Shown here: positions 38,201 through 54,100 of the stretch, piece by piece
Layout: each line of letters begins with the position of its first letter
How positions within the stretch are numbered: position 1 is the stretch's first letter
DNA from: Schizochytrium sp. TIO01
Lineage: Eukaryota > Protista > Bigyra: Labyrinthulomycetes
Reading direction: 5' to 3'
Assembly (NCBI GenBank): GCA_004764695.1
Contig: SMSO01000037.1
Location: 286,747 to 350,746 of the forward strand
Length of the DNA stretch: 64,000 bases
Translations under genes and position numbers: made by a program
Notes under the pieces: generated by a model
The model's input: only the letters and a program-made list of their open reading frames with translations
Databases searched by the model: none
What the model was told of the DNA's origin: nothing

Positions 38201-41200
38201 TGCTGCCATAAATTCGTTTTCATATTCCCCTCCTTGTTGGTGTTGTTGTTGTTGTTGAAGTGTTGACTCGCCTTGATGTTGAGTTGAATCTTCCTCGTTG
38301 TGTCTGGCTGCTGGTGACTGAACATGACCATACGCTTGAAAATCTTGCTCTTGGGACTGATCTAGAGGGACCCCCGCAGTAGATGGCGAGATAGACCAAC
38401 CATCCTGTTGCATCTGAGGCTCGGCAGAGGTTTCTACAGTTGAAATTCCACCCGCTTCTGGAATGGCAAATGGATCTCCGCCAGAGCTGCCACTGAAGAG
38501 CATACTTGACTCGCCCGGAGCAGAGGACTCTCCATACAACGGGCTTCCATATGAGTCAGGCCCCATTAGAAACGTTAGAGTCTCTAGAACTGCCATGGTT
38601 TTGCTCAAATGGATCTGAATCCCCCTTCGCGGTACCAGAGGAGGACGAACCGAAGAGATCTCCAGCATTATGCACTTCGGGAGAAGCCGCACAATGGTCA
38701 AAATCATCATTCTCCTCCGTGGGGCTTGCTCCGAAAAGTCCACCAGCATCCTGTAAATCAGGTGAAGGTTCATTGCTGTTGCTGGACTTTGTAGGACTGG
38801 ATCCGAAAAGTCCCTCTACACCTCGAGCAGGCGGAGACTGCAAGGAAGTTTGTTCATTAGTATTTTCTGTTTCAACAGTCATTGGAGGTGGGTAGTTAGA
38901 AGGGTCGCCATGCAGCTCTTGAGTCTCTTGTCCTCCAAACAAGCCTTGTGATGGAGGTTCGTTTTCAAAAGGCCCATCAAAAGCCTGCTCGCCCTGATAT
39001 GCGTGTGATGTTTCGTTTTCTGCTCCGAACAAATTAGCCGAGCTCTGTGGCTCATTAGCGTCTGTGTCTCCGAATGAAAACTCGTTTGCTGCATCTGAGG
39101 ATGATACACCAAAGAGACTTTCGGAGGTATGTTCTTCTTGGTGTGCTTCCATCATGCCTGGAGGGTGGTGGACCTGCGGGGAAGTATTGGCTTTGTCATG
39201 AGGTAAAGAAACGCCTTGGGTTTCATGGCTTTCTTCCAACCCGAATGAATCACCAGCATTGGGCGATTCTTCGTAAGCCTGACTGTCAAAAACACCATCC
39301 TGGATTTCATTCTCGTTAAAGAGCCCAGAGTTCTGATTGCTTAATGAGTTGTCAAACAAAGTTTCTGAGCTTTGAATATTCTGCTGTTCTCCATCAAAAA
39401 GGCCAGCGGGAGCAGTTGGAGACATCGTCTGTTGTTGAGAAGATTCAAAGAGTCCTGTAGAGGTTACATCATCTTGCGCAGTGTATTGCATAGGAGGATA
39501 AGTAAACGAGCCAGGTGATGGGCTTTGCAAATGCGTGTCTTGGCTAGATTGAAAAAGCCCCTCTGAACTTGGCGTGCAGTCAACGACTTGCTCTCCAAAA
39601 GTATCTTTGGTTGAAGGTGGCTCATCAAAAAGGCCAGTGGTACTTTCGGGTTCACCATCGTCACTAAACAGGCCTTGAGAACCCTGCACTTGAACTTCCT
39701 CTTCCACAGTAGGTTGCTCATTTGAGGTAGTAAAAAGGCTGTCTGCACCTTCAATATCTTGCTGCTGCTGTTCACTGAAAGGGTCGCTGGAACCATGTGC
39801 TTGATCCTGTGACGAAGTCCAATTTTCTTGTCCCTCAGTGTAGGATTCAAACAAACCCTCAGGGTCTTGAACTTTTTGGCTTTCGCAAGCTACGGATGTC
39901 TGCTGTGTTGGCTCCTGAGAATTAACACAGAGACCTTCCGTAGAGTCCACGTCCTCTGGTTCACCAACTAAGGGGCTTTTAATCTGAATATTCCGGGCAA
40001 GACTACCAGATTCCGCAAACAACCTATCGGAACCCTCCTCATCGTTCTGTGAAGGTTGCACACTATGAGTGTGAGCAACCCCAGTCATAGAATCCGCTGT
40101 ATCCTCAAGCGCAAGTTTCTTCTGAGAAGGTGCACTCAAGGAGTCACTAGGCTGATCCAAAGCACCCGTATTTACAGAAGACCCGCCATCAGTTGCAGCT
40201 GTTGACAGTGATCGATTAACTGGGATAAAAGCCATTGGCGGAGAGTTCGGCCAATTTTGAGTCTCAAGACCTTCTCCCATCGGAGGTGCTAGGTTCGATG
40301 TCTGCAAAGGGCTTGTGCCAGTCTCGGCTTGGCTTGACAAATCCTGTGGCGAGGATAGAGATACACCAGCGGCCGGTGGCAATACAGGGGTTACAGCTGG
40401 TTCTCCGTGTGCAGTTCCAGTATACATAGGAGGTGGAGCTTGTACAGCTTCCTGGACAACAGAGGTAGAATTTGCTTCAGAAACCTCGCTAGAACATTCT
40501 TCGCTTCTGCTTACATCTTCCTGGGAGCCGCTGTCCCCGACCGTTGCTACAGTTGACTCAGTGTGCCTCGCAGGGGGTAGCTCTTGTTGAAACTCGAAGT
40601 AGCCACCCATTGGAGGAATTGTTGTTAAAGGTGGCGTGGGGGCTGAGTCTGCGGCCGGAGATTCATGCGTGCTGTCATAACCAGCATAGTAAGAGTCGGT
40701 ATCGGTAGTTGGCTTTCCAAGCGAATATGTGTCTCCATCTACTGCGACAGAGGACCATGCTCGAGGAGGTGGGGTCATTGAAGAATCATGAAGGGGAAGA
40801 GGTTCATCATGTACATCGGGGTTGCTCTGCTCCTCGAACGTAACAGCAGGAGGTGACGAGGTACCCCGAGCATCTTCACAATGATCGGAAGGACTGCTGT
40901 ACGCGCTTGCTGGAGATAGTTTATTCGTGTTGTTGTAAAAACCGCCCATGGGTGGAGGTGTTGCTGGAGGCGGAGTTGGAGTCGGGTCCGTTTCAGCATA
41001 ACTATCTGCAATAAAGGAGTCAGCGTCTTCTATAGATTTTTCAACAGAATTGGCATCTCCGTCTACCGCAACAGTGGACCATGCAACTGGAGGCGGAGTC
41101 ATGGCAGAATCGTGCAGTGGAAGGGGGGCAGCATGTACATCAGAACTGTTTTGCTTCTCAAATGTGACAGCAGCAGGAGACGAGATATCATTTGTATATG

Positions 41201-42947
41201 CGGTTGCCGAGGATACTTCATTCACCGTACTATGAAATCCATCCACGGGCGGAGGTGTTGCTGGAGGTGGTGTTGGAGTCGAGTCCACAGCACTAGATCC
41301 GTCTGTATCAGGGTCGGCTGCAATATTAGCATCAACACTATTGTATTCCTGAACTGTATTCTCAATTGAGTTAGTGTCTCCATCAACTGCAACAGAAGAC
41401 CATGCCCGTGGTGGTGGGGTCATGGCAGAATCGTGAAGCGGAAGCGGATCATCGTGTACATCGGGATTATCCGATTCCTCAAATGTCACAGCAGGAGGCG
41501 ATGAAGAATTTGTTGAGCCCAGCTCGGCTTCAGAATAGAACGTATCCGTGGACTCTGTCTTAGGTGTATACATCGGGACTGCATGAGAAGAAGACATTTG
41601 AGAAGGACTTTGGGTTTCAGGAGGATTCGAGCAGAAACTTCCCATTGGTGGAGGTGGAGAAGGTCCAGCAGGAGGAGAGGAGGAACTTGCAGCCACATTT
41701 GGTTCATGTTGATGCACCAAAGTATCAATATGAGCTTCGTGAGTCAAAGTGGTCTCATTCTCTTCAACACTCGAGGTAGGAACATCAAGCGACGGGGGAG
41801 CAAACATGGTTGCATTTTGTTCATCATGCACTGTCTGATGATTCACAGGAGATGAAGATAGCTCTGGAATATCCTCATTCGCAGGATCAGATGTTTTTAC
41901 AGTTGACTCTGAGTGCATACCTCCATAGTGCGGAGTCATCATTGGAGGGGGTGGCACAATATTTGCTGAGGAGGCCTCCATAGATAGGTCATCCTGGTCC
42001 TGATGAATACTAGCGTCTTCCGGGTTGGACTCCGATGGCTCACTTTGTAGAGAAAACGATGATGGAGGAGGTGGCATTTGATGGTATGGGGAGACATCGC
42101 GTTTGACAGGTGAAGTGACTTCTGGGTCAGTATCAATGTTGTTGTCTTGACTTGCAGAATTATCTACTGAAACGGGAGGTTGTAAATACGATACATTTTC
42201 CACGTATTGGTTATATTCAGCTTGGTCAGAGTCTCCCTTGTGAAAAGGGCCCGGCGATGTGGACTCAGGAGGGTGCATCTCCTCAACCTCTGCAACATCA
42301 GAGATATCTGAGACGGCGGCAGAAGACGCAACCTCTGCACCATCCAAAGCTCTATAAGGCTCTGAGTTCTCAGTGCCATGTTCACTGCCATATTCATGTT
42401 GAGAAGGAGGGAACCTATCATCGTTGTAAAACCCAATATTGGAATCTTCAGCATCCCCGTCATCAATGTCGGAGTCAGTGCCAGGGTCCGAGGAAGCTTT
42501 GGTAGCTGCATGGGAAAGGACTTCAATTGAATTTGAGGTAGAAGGTGGCACAGAGTTTGCCTCTTCGGATACCGAAAATGATACTGAATCAAGTTGCGAG
42601 ATATCTTGTTGGTCACCATCTATTTCTCCAGGCTCTTCTGCAAGAATAGAGCCTGCTAAAGATGACGTCGTGCTACCTCGGGTCGCGGCATGGGAGATCA
42701 CAGACAGTGTCTCTGCAAGGCCTTGAGGCCCGCCAAACTCTTCAAGTTGTTGGGATGCCTCTTCAACACTTAGTGGTTGTATACCAGACTCAACTCCTGT
42801 GGCAGAATCAGGCTGGAACATTAGTTCCTCCCCTTTGCCATGTTCAGAAGGGGCCTTTTCTGAAGCTTCTTCATCTCCGTCAACGTCATTCGTCCCGAAC
42901 ATGTCCTCGTCTATAGAGTCATCTAGCCACCCCTCTTGTGATGCCAT
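34161..42947 (-). CDS. SEC16: COPII/ER-exit-site scaffold Sec16, ~2,930 aa after correcting two 1-nt frameshifts (~38562, ~35847)
   Basis: Central motifs PHAIATFGFGGRLVTMFP, FPGPL, LWAQALVIS and W..TL..ILANRT. A -1 shift restores LGDRLW......AAHICYL, followed by TEIYLY and LIYAMWLADLG. C-terminal AYYDKKLGKWV and SRYVNTF. Three abutting ORFs, long acidic disordered N-terminus. Confidence 0.9.
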
Positions 42948-44329
42948 GATTTAAAGTTTGCTACCGAAGGAGACACCCACAACAAAAGATATAGTAAAAC
43001 CGGGCTTCAAAGCTTCAGCGAGCTTGTAGGACAATCAATTTCCACGTTTTTATTATTACGCTTCCTCCGTGAATGACAATGGAGTCCTTAGTACTAGCTT
43101 CGTCTCACACGTCTTTGATCACCAAAGTGTCGCAAGAAGAGCCTGTCTCTAATCGAGTCAAAGAAATTGAGAATGTTACCACAGCTGTTCTCTTCGCCAA
43201 TATATGCGTTATTATTTTGCTGTGCTTGACAAGAGATCTGCACGAAACTTCAAAGCTTGGTGCAAGAACCCGACAACACCAACGCGTGCCAACCTTTGCG
43301 TCCTTCTGATTATTATCTCTTGTGACCCAGGTTCGTTTGACTCACAAGGAGAATAAGTTTGAGGCAAGCAAGAGAACTTTCACGTGTTTTGTTGCTTGTT
43401 GCTCCTTTTTCCCAAATACATAAATACACCTGTCTTGGCGCAAGAACGAGGGAATCGCCACACCTCAGCGCCGTCCAGCTCCACAACCAACGAAGGGCAA
43501 TCCAGGCAGTAATGAGTGTACGTTTAATTTTCGCGGACCTGCCGCGCCAACGATGATCTCGCTCGCTATTAGCGGCGGGCGATCGAAGTTGATGTGTTTG
43601 ATTCACCACGTGGACGTTGCAGAGCCCGGTCTATATCTAAATGTAGCGGCGCGTCCGCGCATATAAAGACTTATAGTAGGAGCTGGTTAATGATTATTAT
43701 AAACGTGCTCCTAGCACTTGAAGATTTCCAATTTCAAGAATTGGTACGAATGATAATTTGATCAAATCTTTTTGCCTCTAGAGTATTTTAAAGCTGATTT
43801 GACAAAATCAGAATATTTCTAAGAAAACAAATTGATGTGAAATAGAACTCCTAGAGTACTATTTGATTTGCGTGCCAAAGAGCTTATTAACAAAGGCTGG
43901 GCTTAAATGGGATCTCTTTTTTATTTTATTATTTTATTTTTATTTTAATAATAATATGTAAATATAGTATGAGCCCTGCATCTATAAAATAATAATGTAA
44001 TAATCACAAATTTTTAAACAGAATTCCGTAACGTTACTCAAAAGGTGCGACCCTTGGAGCTTTAGCGCACTACGTTGATCACTCGGGGAGACAATCAGCG
44101 ATACTTAAATCAAGGGTAGAGGACATTTGCAATTGGGTTTGGAGCAGAAGGCTGTGTTTATAGCACATGACGTAAGGCTTCGATACTGAGGCTAGATTTG
44201 CCCAGAATTAATGTGTCCACTTTACCTTCAATACGACAACCATAAAGAGAGTGGATAGGGAGGCAAAAAATACTCGATGTCAGACAGCACCGAGATAAAA
44301 TAGCCTCTCAAATACACTCACGTATCAAA

Positions 44330-45290
44330 TCAATAAGGCATGCGAATTGCTTCTGTTGAGTCTATACTCTTTCATTATTCAGCCCAAATGCCTCGAAGAA
44401 TTTGCCAAGTTAGTCTTCGGTGGCGTCAAAATACATTGGGTACAGAAAGCGCCATATTTCGTAAGCCGGTAGCATATTGTTCTTAAAGTCTGGAATGCTC
44501 ATTTTCTCGAAGCGCGTGGCCTGCGACAGTTTCTCGTGGTTCTTGGTGATGGTTCTGAATTGAATCGAGGTGATCATTTCGAGGATGAGGCGTCGAGGTC
44601 TCCACTGTAGGCAGCTCGAATGGCCCTCTTGATGTCTTCTTTTGAACACCGCTTGGGTTGCTCGCCGCCGGCTCCATCGCCGAATGTGCTGAGCACGGTG
44701 TCTGTGCACAAAGTCTCGAGTCTCTGCCTGATCTGATACATGTAGTATGCGCGGAGGTGATAGTTCCTGTTGGTAGCCATCCTGTCCAGGTCAAAAAGCG
44801 AAGCTTCGAGTCCTATTGAGGCGTTCTGTTTCATTGCGCTCAAAATTCGGCACTCACTAAAATTTAACATTAACGTAAGCGAAGGCTCTTCTCGTCCCAA
44901 TGCACAGCTACAGTATCATTCAAAAGAATGATTGTTGACTTCTCGTTTCAATATTCAATTTTGTTCATTTACCGTCAATGTAGTCAAACAGCTCAATTAT
45001 CCAACTGGTCTATACATTTACTTGTACTTGAAACAAAAATGCGCACTTCAGATTGTGGAGCCAGAATTTCCTTTAGAGGAGTGCTGCTTCAGAGTCAATG
45101 CCGTCATCCACGCCTTCGTCCAGGGAACCAAAGGCCTCTGAGAAGCTGAACGCGCTGTGGCAGCGATCCCTGCTCATCTCTGTTATTCTTTGACAATAAT
45201 TCGACTTTGGATACTGTGCCCGACATGCGTTCTGTTTGACTTCGTTACTAGGCTCAAGCTCGCTGTAATGTTAAATAATCTGCGTTCGTC
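44330..45290 (-). pseudogene. Decayed coding remnant, tentatively the N-terminal part of a Fanzor1-like protein
   Basis: Overlapping ORFs 44574..44900 and 44410..44709 join by a -1 shift (SGDLD-RLILEMITS). Upstream fragments are interrupted by stops. Family resemblance is by eye only. Confidence 0.3.
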
Positions 45291-45819
45291 CATGAGCCAT
45301 GAATGCCATTAATCTCCCCAAACTGAAGCGCAATAACAGATATTTTACAATGATGTTGCAGATTAGAGGAAAACTGAACAACCGTGAAATGAAGGAATTG
45401 AGGTTGGATCTCAATCTTTTGTGCAACCACGAATCCTCAAGTTCAACCCATCTCAGTCAGTTCATTCTAAGTTTGCATAGTGCCGCCGCGGTGCTGTCGC
45501 GGTGCCGTCGCAGTGCTGCCCTTCCACTCACACTCTTTGCTCGCCTAAGTATTGCGTGAACAAAGAAGAAATTGCGGTTCCGCAAGCGTTCCGATTTTTC
45601 ACTTCTGCACAGAGTCTAGTGGAGCAAAGTCTCAACTTCGCCACTGCGATACCATTGCTCTGAGTTTGAGACCACACACGGTCTAGGGCTCCTACACTGT
45701 CCAAGTTTGGCCGCCAGCAAAATACCAGACCTTTTGTCAACCTGTACATATACTCTTTCTCCGAACTTGAAGTTCTGGTTCTTGAAACTGTTACTGCTTT
45801 CTTTAAGTAAATAAGCACA

Positions 45820-47429
<1,610 letters not shown>

Positions 47430-48788
47430 AATATCTCATCTCTTTTTTCTCTGTCACGCCTGATGCTTGCTATCTTCTCTTGAAATATGGTTTAAATCAG
47501 AAAAACAATTTTCAACACCTTGATTTGTCGTTGATAACTTAACTGTGACCTCTTGGAAGTCTTGATCAACACCGACAGATGTATGTATATATATGTGTGT
47601 TTACAGATGGTTAAGCTAACTTTCTTGAAAGAATCAAAGCACACTCCACTTAATTCTTAGTTCTACTAAGGGTTCTCCACTAGCAACTTTTGTCAGGTGA
47701 TAGTAGTTCAAATATTGACTACAGATCTCAGTCACTCATTGCTCAAGAATTTCTAAAAGTCATCCCTTCTATCACAGAATAGTATTGCACTTGCCACATT
47801 GATCAGTTTTCTCGAGACCGACCCAACATAAAGGTACATCTGATCTTTATTACGACCTTGTAGTATTCCCACCCCTCTCATTTTAAGTTGGGGAGAAAAC
47901 TCAAGCCAAAACAATGTACACCCACAAAAGATAGATACCTAGGTGCCTACTCTTATTAAAATCTCCATGACTCTCGGCAGGTCATCATTTATTCGTAAAA
48001 CTCGATTCTCTTCCACTTTCCCTTCGTTTCAACTTCGATTGCCAAGTATTCTTTTGGCAAAACACTCTTGTCCTCACATTTCCCCCCCCCAAAAATGTAA
48101 AGGCAAATAAGCAAGAATTACCTTTGAGGCCACTAGACCACACATTCGCAATGCAATTATATTCCAATTGCCATTATCCACACCAATATGTTCCTGACGA
48201 CACCCTTTTGACGCTCATTGCGCGATAAAGGGATGGAGTTTCTCTCGAGACCTCCTATCTCGTTTTTTTGCATGCATTCCTTTCACTTCCATATTATATT
48301 TCAGCATAGGTCTCACTGGTCTTAATTTCGTGGCGGTGCGGCCGCAAGCAAAGAGACCTAAGCATATAGCGCCTTAGTTAATTTGCTTTCTTCAAGTTCT
48401 TTGTTTTTCAATGGGGCCTAGCATCCTATAACTACTTAATGATTCTTAGTAGCAGTAATAATGAGGCCTCTTTGCTGTGATTGTCATGTATGGTGGCGCG
48501 GGAAAGACAGACCTCTCTTGACAAGTTCAAGTGGGAAACTTCTGCGTGGATAGTCCTCGCATCGTGGGAAAGACCTTCCCATCATCTTGTTTGATCCAGT
48601 TTCTACCTTCTCTCTGTCGTTGATCTCTGCTACAACGCAGGTGGCTTCGGACTCAAGATAAATTAGGCATTCCTAGCTTATCTAATCATTCGTCGAGTCC
48701 ATCCAACGCTTCCAAGGCATCAAAACCTCTTCGACAACTTGTTATACAGCAGAACTATCTTGTTAGTACTCTCCACGGACCTATAGTC

Positions 48789-50302
<1,514 letters not shown>

Positions 50303-51157
50303 ATTATCTGTCTTCTCGCAATCAACCTCTCTTGCACTGGTAGCCGTGCAGGGCTTTGTTCTCGTTGTGCATGGCTTTCTTACTTACTTGTCCCTAATTC
50401 ATTGAACAATCTTTTTTACGCTTAGACTGATTACACAAAGACTTTTTCTTCAGAGCTCTACAGTCTTTGAACCCTTTTAAGGAGATATGTTGACTGAAAT
50501 GTATGAGTACACGGCAGTTCGCCTTGCGTGTAATAGATCAAAGAATTAAATTAGACCTTTGGTACCGTGTATGTTTACAAAAGGATACTACAGGCCCTTT
50601 CTTGCAACAAAACAAGTTCTTCAAGGGAAAGATGCAAGGAAAACGTCAAAATAGATCAATGAGCAGCATAGCATAGCTCTAAAAGAGAATTGGGGAGGGG
50701 GGCGGTGTTCAAGTTGAACTTTTGTCTTAACCTTCGTGTGGGACAGAGCAAAACACTTCACTATTTAACCACGTACATCTGTGCGTATTAGGTGTGTGTT
50801 GTGATTGGTAAAAAGCCGAGGATCGTGTTTTACAACTGTATACCATGCTCGGAAAGCAGTCAAGACCGATAAGAAGTTAGGCAAACGAAATCAAATTTGA
50901 GATGCGCCATGGACGTTTAACAAGTACACATCTGGAAACAATAATGGTGGCATATTGCAACCTCGTATGTAGTAAACACAAGTTTTGAGTGAGGATAGAC
51001 CCAGCAGGTAGATAGATCTCTGCTACATCAACGCCTTACTAATTATCTGTAGGTCTTAAAAGGGCAGTGACAGCAGAAGAATCCCCACCACCATCACCAT
51101 GGTCACCATGAGTAATAATAGCAACATAAACAGGCCAAGAGAATTGTTTTCATGTAA

Positions 51158-51790
51158 TTAATAACCGAGCTCCTTCATGCGAAGCGCCTCGCGAACAAGA
51201 CGCTTAATCTCAGCCTTCTCCTCGCGGCGAGCCTGCTCCTTCTTCTCACGGTAACGGCGCACAGCCGGTTTCTCGTGCTGTATATATCCCACAACCATTC
51301 ACCGAGATCATTCACAATCATCATCATATTCATTCATTAGTTCTCCATCTCTGCATACTCTGCATTTTAGAACACCACTAAGACAATATTTGCACAGCTT
51401 CTGTGTGAGCTACCACCGTGACCTCAATGGTCCACGAGCCCTCCAAAATATCAAATTGTAGAGCCGAAGATACTCTGTGGTGCCCGCAAAATGTCGCGAG
51501 ACCACTGCAAATAAACTAGTCTTGCTTCAGACGCCTTGGTGGCCTTGACCTTTCGTCACCTATAAACTTACCCTTGCCTGCGACTTGTGAAAATTCAACA
51601 TGTTCTCGTTACGAAGCATACGCGTGAGCCTACCAATGGCCTGGTCCACGGAGCCACGTACGCGCACGCCGGCGCTCACAGTGTCCTTGATGTTGCGTGT
51701 GGACATCTCGCGGGTTTGCACAGCCACCTGCGGCCGCACGGCCTGCTGGCCCACGCGCCGGGCCGCTGTAGACACGGCACAAGCAAACAT
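51158..51790 (-). CDS. MRPS21: Mitochondrial ribosomal protein bS21m, 2 exons (51572-51790, 51158-51277), 112 aa
   Basis: Arg/Ala-rich presequence, then VRV..SVDQAIGRLTRML..E. A phase-0 intron 51278-51571 (GTAAGT...ATACAG) joins to HEKPAVRR..., giving the S21 EKP...R motif. Confidence 0.85.
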
Positions 51791-53499
51791 ACTTTGTGAT
51801 TCGCACCGAAAATGACCTCGCACGTGTCCTCTTCGCACTGAGTTTTGTTGTAGCGTCGTTTCGCTTCTCGAGGTATTCGCGCTCCTCTCTTCGCAGTGCT
51901 TTCACCGCCAAAGAACAGCAGCAACAGAGAAACAAGCGAAATAAACCACTGCCTATACTTTACTGTATGCGGGTATTCTCTACTGTACAATTGTACAGTT
52001 ATATTATAGATTAAACAACTCTTCTATCAGCTATAGGCTTTCTTTCGCCTACACAGTAGCTGCAACTCAAAGTCGTTCTTTTGATTTACTGTTCTAACTT
52101 TTCCTCCACTATTCATATGAGATTATCCGCTTCTGTTCTGTTCTCTTGGACTTTAATCAAGTACAGTCAGTCGTGGCTCCGGGGCGGCGGTCTATCGGAA
52201 ATAGACCATTTAGGGAGGCAGCTAGGGCAGCGTAATGTGCGGTAGGAGCCTGACTATTTTACACGAAGCTCTAATGCGGAGTGTCTTGGGTGTAGTAGCT
52301 CAAAAACTTTGGCTTTAGAATTGGGAAGAGTTTAAGCATTGCGAAGCTGAAGATACCAGAGGACAAGATAAATCAGTATTACGCAAAAGAGAATGTGTAG
52401 TTGGTCATTTGAAGCTATCAGTGTGAGCGCAAGGTGGAGAACGAATTTGATGGCAACATGTTGTACTTCTCCCAAATGCTGACTGAAAATAGACCAGATC
52501 AATAACATATTAAACTATGAACAGAACGGCTAGTCTAGGAAGTATGTTAGAAAAGTTACGCAAATAAACACTACTCAGTCATTCATTGCCAATTATAGCG
52601 TCCTTGCTCTAACTCTGCATGCTACTGTAGAATGATCCCAAATTACTGAGAGATTATGATTATCGAATAATAATAATAATAATAACATCTCGTTAATTGC
52701 TTTAACTTTTTTAACTTTACATTATAGACAGACTAGGAGGTTTGTTAATACACAGAATCAGCTTCAAGAACCCATGATTATTACTTGATCGTCCTCATCA
52801 CGTTCATAATGTAATTAAATGAATTAAAAGTCAATACATTGTGAAACACTCAAAAGAAAGCCGGGCGTTGGCTGAGCTTACGCTGCTTATACTAATTGCG
52901 TTCTCGAATAGTTTCCCCAACCCTTAATGAGAACACTGTACCCGTGTAAACTTTTGAGATTAACTTTCCAAGGACCTGCTAAGATCAACAACCGGAGGAG
53001 CTAGCAATCCTTATACTGCCAGAGCTCTAGAAACCACATTACAAGACTCTCAACCTAGGTAAGGCATTGGGAAATAGGCTGGTGGCTTGTTCGATTGTTT
53101 CTGCACCATCAAACAAAAAACATCAAGTTGGAAGAGTGGATCAATCCACTTTAGAAGCTATGAAAAGCAAAACCCATGTGTTGCTATATTTTGGAAAACT
53201 AACTAACTTCGAATGATATCTGAGAGGCATGAGTAAACCCCATGATGCTTCGTCTAAAGATACATTGACTATAACAATCATATGACCTTAAATGCCTTAC
53301 CAAGGCAAGCAGATCGCTAATTCTTAGGCCAAAGCTGCTTTGCCGCCCTTTTCCACTGTACTCAGTGCATATCCTCTACCTATTAACAGCATCTTCGTTG
53401 GCCAATCTCCCAGTTGATAAGCATCAATGTGATATAGGAAGACTCCATGACGCTTCTCTTCTTTAACTGAGGGCATTTTCGTTTGCTTAATTACATTTC

Positions 53500-54100
53500 A
53501 TGTTCTCTGGATGTCGGCCCTTAAAACAGATATGTTTTAATTGTACGCACATAAGATCTCCAATAGAACGCAGCCAGCTAACACCAAAACATATACTGCT
53601 AAGAGTCTGCATGTAAATTAAGTATGATGGAATACCATGTCCAACTCCTTCATGTTTCTCAAGCCTATTGAGGTCGTGAATATCAGAGATTACTACATCA
53701 GTAGTAGCAATGCCTTTTATTCCTTTAACCTTTCACTAGTACCTGGGACTGATCTTAATTAGATTTAACCGGAATCCAAAGTAAGCAATTTCTGAAAGAT
53801 GAATCTGAAGAATGAGTGCAAGAGCCTGCTGAAAGGTGATACTGATTAGCGTGAGGTTGACTGTAAAGATGAAGGTAGAAGGCTTGATGAAGGCTATACG
53901 AAGGTTGATTTAAGAGTTAGCGATCTGCTGTCCTGAGGAATGAATTCCAGGACAGATGGATTCATGTAGTAGTTAGGGAGATTAAGACATTCTTGAATGT
54001 GGTTAGAGATAATTGATGGGGTTAGGTTATCCAACCTTCTCCACCATCGATCCAAGCTAACCAAGCTTTGGGAGTCAGTGATGTGTAATTACACTTCTAG
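53500..54100 (-). mobile_element. Heavily decayed LTR-retrotransposon-like gag-protease remnant
   Basis: Minus-strand translation with stops and one frameshift: ...SNHIQEC (knuckle-like)...KLLTLDSG (53768-53776)...KVKGIKG...ICFGVSWLRSIG. Spacing fits a retropepsin (DSG to G..WL about 60 codons). Confidence 0.35.
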
